Origin: an uncultured cyanobacterium
GTDB taxonomy: Bacteria > Cyanobacteriota > Cyanobacteriia > Cyanobacteriales > Nostocaceae
Reading direction: 5' to 3'
DNA: 64,000 nucleotides
NCBI GenBank assembly: GCA_963706595.1
Contig: OY970166.1
Coordinates: 1,504,001 to 1,568,000, forward strand
The notes beneath the pieces were generated by a model. The model worked only from the letters and a program-made list of their open reading frames with translations, ran no database searches and was not told the DNA's origin. The position numbers and the translations under genes are program-made. Of this stretch, positions 10,701-21,090 are shown in pieces. The stretch's first letter is position 1, and every line of letters begins with the position of its first letter.

Positions 10701-11972
10701 AAGAAATTAGATAAACAACCAGAGATACAGCCAACGGAAGATTTAATTTTATCAAGAAATTGGTGGGAAAATTTCTGGGAAACCATACCGGATAAGTTTC
10801 AGCCAGCAGATATCCATCCAGATTTATTTAATCTGGAATTTCTACTCAGGGTAAAAAACCAGTTTGATGTTTGGCGAAATCAACTCACGGAAGAAGAAAC
10901 TTATCTCAGCCGCTACCAGGATTTTACCAAAGATTGGATTGCTAAAGTTAAAAATCCATCAGAGCGCGATCGCAACGATTTAAGACGTATTTATTTAGAT
11001 AATGCTAACGTCGTCGGAATCACTTGCGTACAAGCTGCAAATTACAACTTTTCCCAAGAGTTCAAAGCCTTTGATGTCGTCATCATCGATGAAGTTAGTA
11101 AATGTACTCCACCAGAGTTACTCATCCCAGCTTTAAAAGGTAAAAAATTAGTCTTAGTCGGCGACCATCGACAATTACCACCGATGCTTGATACTAGCAC
11201 GGTAGAAGAAGTGGCGCAATCACTGGGAAGTACCAAAGCCGAACTGCAATTTTTAGAAGAATCGTTATTTAAAATTCAGTTTGAAGCTGCGGATAAAAGC
11301 GTCAAACAAATGCTGAATACACAATATAGAATGCACCCCTTTATTATGGGGGCGATTAATCAGTTCTATCAGGGTAAACTAGAATGTGGACTTTTGGAAC
11401 CTGACACCCAACGCGCCCATAATTTAACAGGTGAAATTATCCAAAAAAATCACCATCTTGTTTGGGTAAAAATGCCCAGAGAAGATGAATTTCAAGAAGA
11501 ACGGGAAAATACTTCTTATTTTAATCCTCGTGAAATTGATGTGATTGAAAACCTCTGTCAGCAATTCGAGCAGACTTGGGCTGCTAAAATTGCCAATGGG
11601 GAACCTAAAAAAGAAATTGCCGTAATTACATTTTATGGCGCACAATTGAAAAAAATTGAAGAACGTTTACAACCTGAACTTTTTCCTTCCTTGGAAATTC
11701 GCACGGGTACAGTTGATAGATTTCAGGGAATGGAACGCGCTGTGGTAATAGTAAGTATGGTGAGGAATAATCATCAAGGTGATGTTGGTTTTGCCAAGAA
11801 ACCAGAACGAGTAAATGTGGCGTTTTCTCGCGCCCAAGAATTACTGGTAATTGTCGGTTGTCATGATTTATTTACCCGTCAAGGGGGAAAAGTCGGAGGT
11901 ATGTATTTAGAGATTTCTCATACTGTAGATAGTCAAGGAGGTTTCGTTGATGTTTCTCGCTGCTGCGGCTAA
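7746..11972 (+). CDS. Large SF1 (Upf1/DNA2/NAM7-like, AAA_11/AAA_12) helicase with long coiled-coil insertion
   Basis: IQGPPGTGKT, SQANLAVDN, IIDEVS, LVGDHRQLPP, QYRMHP, TVDRFQGME, RVNVAFSRA. Confidence 0.9.
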   Translation: MPTFSNNRNFQDWSYKCVGAVAKNEIIDLLGDHVCLFYVRRQGAGKHQNEEIWQLTIATDRDDFPLPGKLETQGKTLGLIAAIQEDGRGGLKVLSTRLLQVSRGNADGYSVPFSLRLLPHDKHRLGIPKAALARVEKMPVCGDHIPTEEQLQAWKAFLQVEENIAKARQFCVAFVGNDYGNNTRQITFEVDVNSATLDGSEQNYLNVSSFWERVNRSKNQEVKLSETVPTGKFTHKIPKFGSIEKVDPKNCLIKVKVERELAEYIATQRYQPPVKGYLFFDAAGDIQQVRRKKEALEQLKHGNTQNPYLGNFLFDASQARRMKKTVELKADDLLLSSANAGQKAAVEKVLGSEDLILIQGPPGTGKTTVIAEICYQIALRGGRTLIASQANLAVDNALSRLVHNPVIRAVRKGRAERVGEEGQPFLEDQVIETWLENTATDCESSLDKRLENVRFLGELLAAFPQFTDYFNLELELNQQQIQLNLEKETLAEDCKIQAASFEEGLTRRNQVESIQLGLDYLLKNAPHINWEAPEVQNCLPYLQPYTENNIVVQDFLTNVRQAIKWTDELGLVRPTYGAFGLAVWLREGVADKIADFNIAFGYAQDAILIMSEVAEVVSAIPQNSQNLHSPEIDEQEFISTRQILQQKIQGWQNRQREIDYVIAAIKEWKSTAPVVLYQIVKESQLSGQTLTEDLLQLPLGLLMFANQLKLTIVPKKIQLNLPDFPALQKALTYETEGGFADRIGKQYHFSYFLEQNFSQIPIVLSASDRTQWRKIYEEFKNYQLLNPNQRQLLVENTQLFLLRMQTVYGKAWELNNLDAIVKQVSEDLLANILANARQCIARVKTETEQQLKSFQQQLIELEKQRTTQAQISATSSQIEAANIKLAQMIEMLQLLNQQQNVPDKLRALVTEYLTTQSKIWEHSSEFATQVKAGVSHLSNLESLISSIAPFPVLENIKNSLDEQVTIIEQENTLAQKELKKIQAQIKKLDKQPEIQPTEDLILSRNWWENFWETIPDKFQPADIHPDLFNLEFLLRVKNQFDVWRNQLTEEETYLSRYQDFTKDWIAKVKNPSERDRNDLRRIYLDNANVVGITCVQAANYNFSQEFKAFDVVIIDEVSKCTPPELLIPALKGKKLVLVGDHRQLPPMLDTSTVEEVAQSLGSTKAELQFLEESLFKIQFEAADKSVKQMLNTQYRMHPFIMGAINQFYQGKLECGLLEPDTQRAHNLTGEIIQKNHHLVWVKMPREDEFQEERENTSYFNPREIDVIENLCQQFEQTWAAKIANGEPKKEIAVITFYGAQLKKIEERLQPELFPSLEIRTGTVDRFQGMERAVVIVSMVRNNHQGDVGFAKKPERVNVAFSRAQELLVIVGCHDLFTRQGGKVGGMYLEISHTVDSQGGFVDVSRCCG

Positions 11973-13725
11973 ACCTATTGACGACAAACTGATAAATTTA
12001 GCAGAGGAAATTACCGCGCAAAATCCTGACTTATCAGTTTTAGCCGCTAGGGAATTTCGTTATAGTTTGCATCAAACTCCTGTAGAGTTATCTATTAAAG
12101 AACCGCGCGAATTTAATGTCCTCGAAGAATTTATTATCCGGGCTGGAATTGAATTTACACCTCCACCCACAGAGGACGAATTAGCATCTATATTAGGACT
12201 TGATTCTATATTTGTTCGCAGTACAACTGCAAATTTGCAAGCGTTACAAACTCTATCTGCAACCTCGCCGATTACAGTTACAGATGAAGGACGAACTTTT
12301 TACGCCCAAGGTTCTGTACCACAGCTTCCCTATCCTATCCAAATATATGCTGTTTCCGATGCTTTAGATGGCAAGCTCACATTTCATGCTGAAGCATTAA
12401 ATGATGCTCCTTTAAATCTACCTGATTTAGCTGATTTTATCAAGATCGCCCGTAAGATTAATGATATATCTGCTTTATCAATTGAGAAGTTACAAAAATG
12501 TATTCAGTTGTCAGGGTTAGATTTTCATGTCCCCGAAATCGGGAAAATTGTGACTAGCTGTAAGGTTATCGCCCCAGCGCAAATAATTTGGAAAAATATA
12601 TCTTTGTTTGTAATTGGCGATGCAAAGGAAGATAAATTAAGTATCCAAATCAGAAATGGGAAGCAAATTTTAGCATCAGCATCCAAACGCATGGAAGTGT
12701 TGCAAGGTAAAGGTAAAATTCCTTGGCAAGCTTTATGCAAATTGTCCCATGAATCCATTGATTTGGAGCGTGAAGCTACTCTAAAATATAAAAATGCCGA
12801 AATAGAATCTAGGCTGGAAAAACTTAGCCAGGAAGCTCTAAAGTTAGGCGATGCTGAAGTTATTACCGCTTTTGAAGAGGCTTTAAATTCTGCAAAACGT
12901 CAAATTATCATTTACTGTCCTTGGTTAAGTAAAGCTGTTTTTCATAAAGATTTTTTGAAGCTGTTGCAACAGTTAGCCGATAACGGTATCTGGATTTTAA
13001 TTGGATATGCAATTTCACCAGAAGCAGCAGATGTAGAAAAAAAACTCCGCGCTATCAAAACGCCTCATGGTTTACCCTCGTTACAATTTTTCGAGTTAGG
13101 AAAATCCCCTGTTAAAGAAGTTATAATTGACCAAAAAATTCATTTTTATGGATTCTTTAATTCTGTAAACTGTGGTGGTGAATATTTACCAAATGGTGAG
13201 TCTGTTTATCAGGTTACTATTCCCCAACAAGTAGCCGAAGCATATCAATTTATGGCTCATGGTTGCCAAAATCATGCCGAAACCCAATGGAATCTGGCTT
13301 TGGAAAAACGCGATTTTCAATTAGCTGCTGAAGCTTTGTGCGTTTTGGGGGCGTTGAATATGCAAAATATCGCACTTCAGGAAATAGCAGAAAGCAATTG
13401 GTTGGAACTTCTCCCAGTGTGGTTGAATATCGTATTTCACGATTTAATGTCACAAAAAATTATAGATGATTCCATAAATTTCACAAATGCTCTTTCTCTG
13501 CTGAGTCAGCTTTCTGGGGAGTCAGCTTTTATTGATCAGTTACAGCAGGGATGGCGGAAAGTTATTCAGGCGATCGCATCTGTTCAACCTGAATTTGCTT
13601 TAAGCTTACTTAGTGATCAAGTGTGGGCGGATTTTATCCGTCTCAAGATTGCTCAGGAGCATGATTCGCGCGATAAGTTTATTTTACCACAAAGTAAACC
13701 TTTAAGCAAGAGGAAAGGGAAATAG
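11950..13725 (+). CDS. Protein with degenerate PLD (HKD)-fold domain, overlapping the helicase stop
   Basis: AKRQIIIYCPW, ILIGY, (P)VKEVIID and G..N elements in PLD order; start overlaps the helicase 3' end. Confidence 0.65.
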   Translation: MFLAAAAKPIDDKLINLAEEITAQNPDLSVLAAREFRYSLHQTPVELSIKEPREFNVLEEFIIRAGIEFTPPPTEDELASILGLDSIFVRSTTANLQALQTLSATSPITVTDEGRTFYAQGSVPQLPYPIQIYAVSDALDGKLTFHAEALNDAPLNLPDLADFIKIARKINDISALSIEKLQKCIQLSGLDFHVPEIGKIVTSCKVIAPAQIIWKNISLFVIGDAKEDKLSIQIRNGKQILASASKRMEVLQGKGKIPWQALCKLSHESIDLEREATLKYKNAEIESRLEKLSQEALKLGDAEVITAFEEALNSAKRQIIIYCPWLSKAVFHKDFLKLLQQLADNGIWILIGYAISPEAADVEKKLRAIKTPHGLPSLQFFELGKSPVKEVIIDQKIHFYGFFNSVNCGGEYLPNGESVYQVTIPQQVAEAYQFMAHGCQNHAETQWNLALEKRDFQLAAEALCVLGALNMQNIALQEIAESNWLELLPVWLNIVFHDLMSQKIIDDSINFTNALSLLSQLSGESAFIDQLQQGWRKVIQAIASVQPEFALSLLSDQVWADFIRLKIAQEHDSRDKFILPQSKPLSKRKGK

Positions 13726-13931
13726 TGTCACGCAAAGGCGCATCAGCGAAGCGAAGCACGAAGTGCGTTAGGCGCAAAGGAAGAATTAAGCTCTGTGTCC
13801 TCTGTGCCTCTGTGGTTCGTATCAAAAGTTAATTGTTAAATAATTCTAAATTTTAAGTTAATTTAAATGTAGATGCAGAAATTCGTCTAATTCGATACAA
13901 TTCTTAGATTAGGAGAGGCGAGGAGAACAAA

Positions 13932-15071
13932 GTGGTCCTATTAAAAGGCTTCGAGATTGAGATGTATACTGGTACGCCTCAAGGTGAAATAGTCGGTCTC
14001 TCCGACAAAATTGTGGCTTCTTTGGATGGGTTTGTGCGGGAACCGGATAGCCGCAATGTGGAATACATCACAGACCCATTGCATAAATACGAAAACTTAT
14101 TGTGTGCTTTGTTACGTCCTCGGCGTAATTTACGGTCTTTCCTTCAGGGTTTGGGTAATTATACTCTGATTCCTGGTAGCACTTTGTCTTTGGGTGGCAG
14201 CGATCGCTTTTTTCGCTCTAACCCCGATAACCCTTATCATGACTACATTGAACATACCTACGGGACGCAGGTGGTTACTGCCAGTGTTCATATTAATATC
14301 GGTATCAGTGACCCAGAAATATTAATGCGGGCTTGTCGGTTGATTCGGTTAGAAGCCCCTTTATTTCTGGCTTTGAGTGCTTCCTCTCCTTTCCTGGATG
14401 GTAAAGCTACCGGTTATCATTCCAGCCGTTGGGCTGTGTTTCCCCAAACTCCCGCCCATGTACCGTTATTTACTAGCCACGCCCATCATATTCAATGGGT
14501 TGAGGAACAAATAGCGGCGGGAACTATGCAAAATGTCCGCCATTTATGGACATCGGTAAGACCAAATGGCGATCGCCGTCCTCATGACCTGAATCGCCTG
14601 GAATTACGCATTTGTGACTTGGTTGCCGATCCTATTGCTTTACTGGCAATTTCAGCCTTCCTAGAAGCCCGTTTGTTGCAGTTAATCGAAAACCCTGACC
14701 TCGATCCTTTAACTCAAAGCACTTTCTCTCCTGAAGAATTACTTGCTATCACCGCCCAGAATGAAACAGCCGCAGCTACTGCTAGTCTTGATGCTCAATT
14801 GATTCATTGGCAAGACGGTAGAACTATCCTGGCGAGAGATTGGATTTCTGAACTATATGAAGATGTTTGGGCGATCGCTAAACAACATGGTTTTAGCTGT
14901 TTCCTTTCGCCTTTGCAGAAAATTCTCCGCGAAGGTAATGAAGCCCAACAGTGGTTACAACTCCATTCAGTCGGTTTTGATTCCCAGCGTGTGATCACTC
15001 AGGCGATTGTGGCTACTGAAGAACGCGAAGTTGAACTAGAAAACAAATTGTGTTCGCCTCTGGTAGCTTAA
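13932..15071 (+). CDS. gshA: Glutamate--cysteine ligase, cyanobacterial type
   Basis: LLKGFEIEMYTG, EPDSRNVEY, SVHINIG, LWTSVRPNG, RLELRICD. Confidence 0.93.
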   Translation: MVLLKGFEIEMYTGTPQGEIVGLSDKIVASLDGFVREPDSRNVEYITDPLHKYENLLCALLRPRRNLRSFLQGLGNYTLIPGSTLSLGGSDRFFRSNPDNPYHDYIEHTYGTQVVTASVHINIGISDPEILMRACRLIRLEAPLFLALSASSPFLDGKATGYHSSRWAVFPQTPAHVPLFTSHAHHIQWVEEQIAAGTMQNVRHLWTSVRPNGDRRPHDLNRLELRICDLVADPIALLAISAFLEARLLQLIENPDLDPLTQSTFSPEELLAITAQNETAAATASLDAQLIHWQDGRTILARDWISELYEDVWAIAKQHGFSCFLSPLQKILREGNEAQQWLQLHSVGFDSQRVITQAIVATEEREVELENKLCSPLVA

Positions 15072-15331
15072 CTGTTCTGTCTTCATTCTCAAGATAGATT
15101 TTGCGAGAGAAACCCCAAAAATCTTTTCTCTCCCAAAAATTCTTGATGTCTCATATCAGCCAAAATATTTCCATCAGCAGGTTTTGAGAGAATTTACCTT
15201 TAGTTTAAAAAATTTAATCTTTAGGTATTATTTGATATTTATTAAAAAAACCTATCAATGGACTCTATCATTAGATAGAGTTAGACTATTTTTAGTATAC
15301 ACTTATACAAGCACAGTAATTTCACCGAACA

Positions 15332-15793
15332 ATGCCCCAGGTCGTTTTAGTTTATCCGCAAATCCCCCCAAACACAGGCAATATTGCGCGTACTTGTGCC
15401 GCTACGGGTACAGAATTACATTTAGTAGCACCTTTGGGGTTTGAAATCAGCGATCGCTACCTCAAAAGAGCCGGTTTAGATTACTGGCCTTATGTTAAAC
15501 TGCACCATCACGAATCCCTAGAAGCCTTTAAAGCCACGTATCAAGAACGTGGCGGAAGATGCTTAGGCTTCACTGTCAGAGGCAATTTTAATTACACCAG
15601 CTTTCAATTTCAAGCCGATGATTGGTTGCTTTTTGGCAGCGAAACCACAGGCTTACCATCCACAATTTTGTCAGATTGTGATGCTACACTCTATATTCCA
15701 ATGGCAGAGCCTCATGTTCGCAGCTTGAATCTTTCAGTTAGTGTAGCCGTAAGTTTGTTTGAAGCCCGTCGTCAATTGGGTTATTTACTATAA
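15332..15793 (+). CDS. trmL: tRNA (cytidine/uridine-34 2'-O)-methyltransferase, SPOUT family
   Basis: PQIPPNTGNIARTCA, RAGLDYW, FGSETTGL, RSLNLS. Confidence 0.95.
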   Translation: MPQVVLVYPQIPPNTGNIARTCAATGTELHLVAPLGFEISDRYLKRAGLDYWPYVKLHHHESLEAFKATYQERGGRCLGFTVRGNFNYTSFQFQADDWLLFGSETTGLPSTILSDCDATLYIPMAEPHVRSLNLSVSVAVSLFEARRQLGYLL

Positions 15794-16584
15794 CCATAAT
15801 TTTATTCAGTAAATTTACTTAATCAAGTAAAATATCAATCCTAGAGTGTGATTTATGCCAGCAAAATACACTCTGGGTCAAAAAAAAGATAGTTATAACT
15901 TATACAAAAGATGTGTTGATCGTACTTTTAGTGATAAATACTCACCAAAACCAGCAGGTTAATATAAGAAATTTGTATATCAAATTCGAGACTATACCGA
16001 ATTTACATGATAAATTTTGATGAACTTAAATCGGCATCATCAGCAGAATAAAAATGATAGAACCTTTTCTTGTCATGTATTTGAGCTATTTTTGTCGAAT
16101 AGGTAATTTCCAGGACGACAAAAGTAGTTAGAAGTTTGTACGGTTGATTTTTAGGGATGAATCAACGTAAAGTCTCCTCTTGGGAAGGCGGATCAAGTAG
16201 AAAAACCTTGAAGATATCTACAACAGAGGGCATAGCTTTTCCAGAAGTGGGATTCACTATATTGCTGACAGCCGCAATGGACTTGGTGAATATATAATAA
16301 TTATTCTTCAGTCCTAGCAAGCGTTGCACAAGAAGTGAAGACAACAAATGGTCAAAAGCAAAAGTTCTATGGTGTGTAGGAGTGAGTGGACAAGTAAGCA
16401 CAGCAATTTCTGAGTTTTGCTAACAAGTGTGAACTTGTCTAAATCAGAGAAGCAAGTTAATCTTGCGTAAGTATCTCTGGTGAAAGTGATCTTGATCTAT
16501 CGTTCGATGCGATCTAAATCATAGAGTAGTATCCCACTGAAAAATCGAGATCAGTTAAGCGCTAGTGATCATAGGAGGTCGTCT

Positions 16585-19288
16585 TTGAAACGAGCATTGA
16601 AAAAAAGAGAAAAGGCTGTGCTGAAAAATACCCCCAGCAATGATGATGCCCCAGTGGAACACCTAGAACACCTAAAAATTGTAGTAAGTCCCAAGGTTAA
16701 CCGCCGGGTGCGGACAAAAGCCGCCATGATTGGTCTGGCTATCTCAATGGGAGCTACCAGCCTTTTGGTGACTCGACAAAGCGATCAAGCCCAAGCAGCA
16801 GCGCCTGTAGGTAGCCAAAAGGCAGCCTCAACAATTCCTGCTGCTTCTGACACTACAGCGAAATTTGCTCCCACAACGCTGAAGACTCAAACAGTCTTAT
16901 TAGCCAGCGTGCCAGAAAATCCTGTCATCGTGGAACCAACAGCAATTTCGCAGTTACCGGGGCTTGAAGCTAAATGGCAAGTTGCGGCCAGTGGACTGTC
17001 TGTGCAAGTTCCTGTTCTGACATCAGAATCTCACAAAACAGCATCTGACAAAACTTCCTTAAATTTACAAGAACCAGTATCACAGGGATTGTCAACCCCA
17101 ATGCCACCCAATGAGACAGTACAAGAACTGTCCAATGGCGATCGCATTACTGACGAACCAACTGCAAACCTAACAGGCGAGCCACAAACACAGGCACTCA
17201 ACAACACAGAGGCCAGTGATGAAATTAATGCTCAACTGAAGGCGCAGCAAGAATTTGCCATAAATCGCTTACAAGCAAAATCGAACCGTTTAAGAAACAG
17301 TCTGGCGGAGTTGCGGTCTGAGGAGACCCTCGTTTTATCAAAAAATGACAATGCTTTAACACAGCCGAAAACCACAGAAAAAGCGCTCTTAATCAGCGCT
17401 AGTGAAACGGCAGTAGAAAAGCCATCAACTTTCAACAATGAGAAGGACAGCACAGAAAGTTTAGTATCAGGGTTAAAAGAAACAAGAGAAACCAGTGCAT
17501 CGAACCGGCAAGCCGTCACAATACCCGTACCAGCAATACGGCAAGCTGTGGAATTATCGGGTAACTCAGGTTATGAAGTTAAACCTGGAGACACATTAGC
17601 CGCGATCGCTAGTAGATACAATATTTCAGTTTCCGAACTAATCAGGGCAAATGGTCTTAGCAATCCGGATCAACTGAAAATTAGCCAAATACTGATTATT
17701 CCTGTTAATCATCAGGTTAACCCCTCTAAAACGATTCAGATACCAGTCGTAGTTAACTCCAATAGCGCCTATTCCAGTAATACGCGTCAGGTGAACTACA
17801 CAGCAAACACTACTAGTATCCGCCCCAATCTACCTGTTGCTTCATCATCTGCGAATAACAACAGTGTGACTATCCCCGTACCAGTAATCGCCAATAACCA
17901 GATACAGGTAAATGGTGTTGTAGCGGCAGAGACAGAACCTAGTAGTTCTAATGCTCTCGGACTAGGTGGTGATACACCAGTACCAACAATTTTTGCCGAA
18001 ATACAGCAGTCTCGAAAATCGACTGAGCCAGCGGCAAGCACAAAAGATCATCAAGGTCTGCGCGTCTTACGTGCCGACATCCAAAGATTACGGGAGAAAC
18101 ACAGCAACCAGAAGTCTGGGAATGCAATCAGGCCAGCCGCTACTGAACGTGAGAGAGCTGCCGTGCCGATTCCTGTTGCTCAAACAAGCAGCCTACAAAC
18201 GGAAATCCAAAGATTACAGGAGAAATACCGCAGCCAACAGTCTGGAAATGCCACCAGTCCAGCCGCTACTGAACGTGAGCAAGCTACCGTACCAGTCTCT
18301 TTTCGCTCAAACAAGTAGCCCAGAAGCGGAAATCCAAAGATTACGCGAGCAATACCGCATCCAACAGTCTGGGAATGCAGTCAGGCCAGTTGTGATTGAA
18401 CGTCAGCAAGCAGCCGTGCCGACTCCCGTTGCTCAAACAAGTAGCCCAGAAGCGGAAATCCAAAGATTACGCGAGCAATACCGCATCCAACAGTCTGGGA
18501 ATACAACCAGCCCAGCCGCTACTGAACGTGAAAAATCTCCTATAGCAATTCCTGTTGTTAAACCGAATCGCACCACGGCTTCTCAACCCGCTTCAGCCCA
18601 AAAGAATGCGTCGATTCCCATTCATGTTCCCAGCCTGAATTTACCAGGCTATGGTCAATCTGCTAGTTCCCAAATCCGAACTCGTCGTCCCAACGAGGCC
18701 ATCAATCCAGAGTTCTCCGCTAGTATCAATGGATCTACTAGAAGAACAATTCCTAGTGGTGCTGATATCTCAGATACTCTGGGAAACTTGCGGGGAAGCA
18801 GAGTTACTCCACAATTACGGCCACAGTTACCGCCTTTGGCAGCAGTGGAACAATACTTACCCAGACCAATTGACGCAACTACACCTCCCCCTTCAACCGC
18901 TTCAACAACCTATATTTGGCCAGCAAAAGGTGTACTCACCTCTGGCTATGGTAGACGCTGGGGAAGAATGCACAGGGGTATTGATATTGCTAACGCTACT
19001 GGCACGCCAATTTACGCAGCCGCTGACGGTGTGGTGGCAAAATCTGGCTGGAACAGAGGTGGTTTCGGTATCCTCGTGGAGATTCGCCACCCAGATGGCA
19101 CTATGACTCGCTATGCTCACAATAGCCGGACTTTGGTGCGAGCAGGTCAACAAGTGACCCAAGGGCAACACATTGCTAACATGGGTAGCACTGGTTTCAG
19201 CACTGGGCCACACACTCACTTTGAAATTCACCCAACAGGTAAGGGAGCAATCGATCCTATTGCCTTATTACCAAAAGACCGTCTGTAA
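16585..19288 (+). pseudogene. LysM + M23 peptidase (NlpD-like) gene split by one frameshift at about 18300-18303 (true lesion or sequencing error)
   Basis: ORF 16585-18318 carries the N-terminal hydrophobic segment and LysM (YEVKPGDTLAAIASRY); the overlapping frame to 19288 carries M23 (HRGIDIA, YAH, STGPHTHFE). Comparing internal repeat copies shows one extra base. Confidence 0.85.
18070..18530 (+). repeat. Four ~126-bp intragenic repeats encoding (E/D)IQRL(R/Q)E..(R/S)..QSGN
   Basis: ATCCAAAGATTAC...TCTGG(G/A)AAT recurs four times. Confidence 0.85.
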
Positions 19289-19319
19289 TTCTTTACCTAC
19301 GATAATTATCTTATTTGTT

Positions 19320-19342
19320 GAGGGAGCCAAACTCCCTCTTTT
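19320..19342 (+). terminator. Intrinsic terminator after the M23 gene
   Basis: GAGGGAG-CCAAA-CTCCCTC-TTTT. Confidence 0.75.
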
Positions 19343-19359
19343 GCTGTCTATACTCAGCA

Positions 19360-19794
19360 CTAGCTGTCAAATATTTCTGCCTTTGTCCAAAACTGCTTGA
19401 GAATTTCTCCTGGCTGACGATCCCAAGTATCGATATGCTCGTATATTAAAGTGTCTTGGTTGAGTTTATATGTCGAATAGCCATTGAAAAATAGCCGGGC
19501 TTTCCAGGGAACACGCAAAACTCCGCGAACTGTCCACTTGGCTAAAATAGTATCCTTGGCTGGCTGTGATACTTCATGCAAGTCAAAATAAATTTGCGTA
19601 AAAAATAGCCGGGCGTGAAATCGCAAAGTCCAAAATATAATACGATAGTTGAATTTCCATTTAAATTTATTTACAGGGTCTTGAAAGTAGATATCCTGGG
19701 TATAAATATCATAAGAAATATCTTTGTCAAAAAGTGTTGGTAAATCCTCTTGAAGTGTTTTAATTACTTGTTCAATCTGCAATTGAGATTCCAC
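19360..19794 (-). CDS. DUF2358 (NTF2-like) protein
   Basis: YDIYTQDIYFQDPVNKF, G.STY, HIDTWD. Confidence 0.85.
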   Translation of the reverse strand: MESQLQIEQVIKTLQEDLPTLFDKDISYDIYTQDIYFQDPVNKFKWKFNYRIIFWTLRFHARLFFTQIYFDLHEVSQPAKDTILAKWTVRGVLRVPWKARLFFNGYSTYKLNQDTLIYEHIDTWDRQPGEILKQFWTKAEIFDS

Positions 19795-19914
19795 GCATCT
19801 TGTCCTTTATCAAAAATTATTTAACACAAAACTATCTCTTAACGGATACCTGGGCGAGAAAAATAATACATAATTTGTTATACACACAGGTCATATCTGG
19901 AAAAATACAAAATT

Positions 19915-20778
19915 ATGTCTGTAATCCAGAATTCGTGGAAACATGAATATATAGTCACCAATGGCGTTAAACTGCATTACGTCACCCAAGGATCAGGTCC
20001 ATTAATGCTGATGTTACATGGGTTTCCGGAGTTTTGGTATTCTTGGCGGCATCAAATCCCAGAATTTGCCCAAGATTTTCAAGTTGTCGCCCTGGATTTA
20101 CGTGGCTACAACGATAGCGATAAACCCAAAGACCAATCAGCTTATGTGATGGATGAATTGGTTAAAGATGTGGCGGGGGTAATTCAAGGTTTAGGATACG
20201 ACAAGTGTATCTTAGTTGGACATGATTGGGGTGGTGCGATCGCTTGGTCTTTTGCCTATGCTCACCCCGAAATGGTAGAGCGATTAATTATCCTCAACCT
20301 ACCTCACCCTGCCAAATTTACCCAAGGCTTAGGCACTTATCAGCAGTTACTACGCAGCTGGTATATATTCTTATTTCAGCTACCTTGGCTACCAGAATTA
20401 CTTCTACAATTGTCAGACTACGAAGCCATTGAAAAAGCTATTCAAGGCACAGCATTTAATAAAAGCGCTTTCACCGCAGCAGATATTGATGCTTATAAAA
20501 ACGCTGCTGCAAAACGTGGTGCGACCACAGCCATGTTGAACTATTATCGTAATATTTTTCAAAGCTTATTCCGCCAGAAAACTTGGGGAATTTTAGCTGT
20601 CCCTACACTGATGATTTGGGGTGAAAACGATACTGCCCTGGGAAAAGAACTCACCTACGACACTGCCGCCTATGTCAATGACTTCCAAATTAAGTATATT
20701 CCCCATTGCGGACATTGGGTACAGCAAGAAAAACCTGATTTAGTCAATCAGTATATGCGGGATTTTCTAGTGCTTTAA
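19915..20778 (+). CDS. Alpha/beta hydrolase, epoxide hydrolase-like
   Basis: HGFPEFWYSWRHQ, GHDWGG nucleophile motif, GHWVQQE. Confidence 0.92.
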   Translation: MSVIQNSWKHEYIVTNGVKLHYVTQGSGPLMLMLHGFPEFWYSWRHQIPEFAQDFQVVALDLRGYNDSDKPKDQSAYVMDELVKDVAGVIQGLGYDKCILVGHDWGGAIAWSFAYAHPEMVERLIILNLPHPAKFTQGLGTYQQLLRSWYIFLFQLPWLPELLLQLSDYEAIEKAIQGTAFNKSAFTAADIDAYKNAAAKRGATTAMLNYYRNIFQSLFRQKTWGILAVPTLMIWGENDTALGKELTYDTAAYVNDFQIKYIPHCGHWVQQEKPDLVNQYMRDFLVL

Positions 20779-21090
20779 ATCACTAAATATTTTTATAAAT
20801 AGTGCCATTTTGTATTAGGAAAATACTGATTAATATCTCTGATCCAACTATGCAAAGTGGCACAACTTCTTCAAAATATTTAACATTAGTTTAATAGTCC
20901 GATTTGCGCTGATTTGACTGGTCGCTAATAGCCCAAAACCATAGTCAATACTACTTTCCACATTACCAGAGCATTGGTTGCAGATCACAATTGGCTTGTG
21001 TGTTCCCGCAATAACTTTCGGCAATTTAGTGAGATAATACAATCGTGAGGAAAAGAACGGATGTAGTTTAATCACGAAGGGGAAAATAAT

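Noticed and set aside
17966..19288. Independent 440-aa M23 gene
   Set aside because: Its first ~110 codons are an off-frame reading of the upstream gene; better explained as one frameshifted gene.
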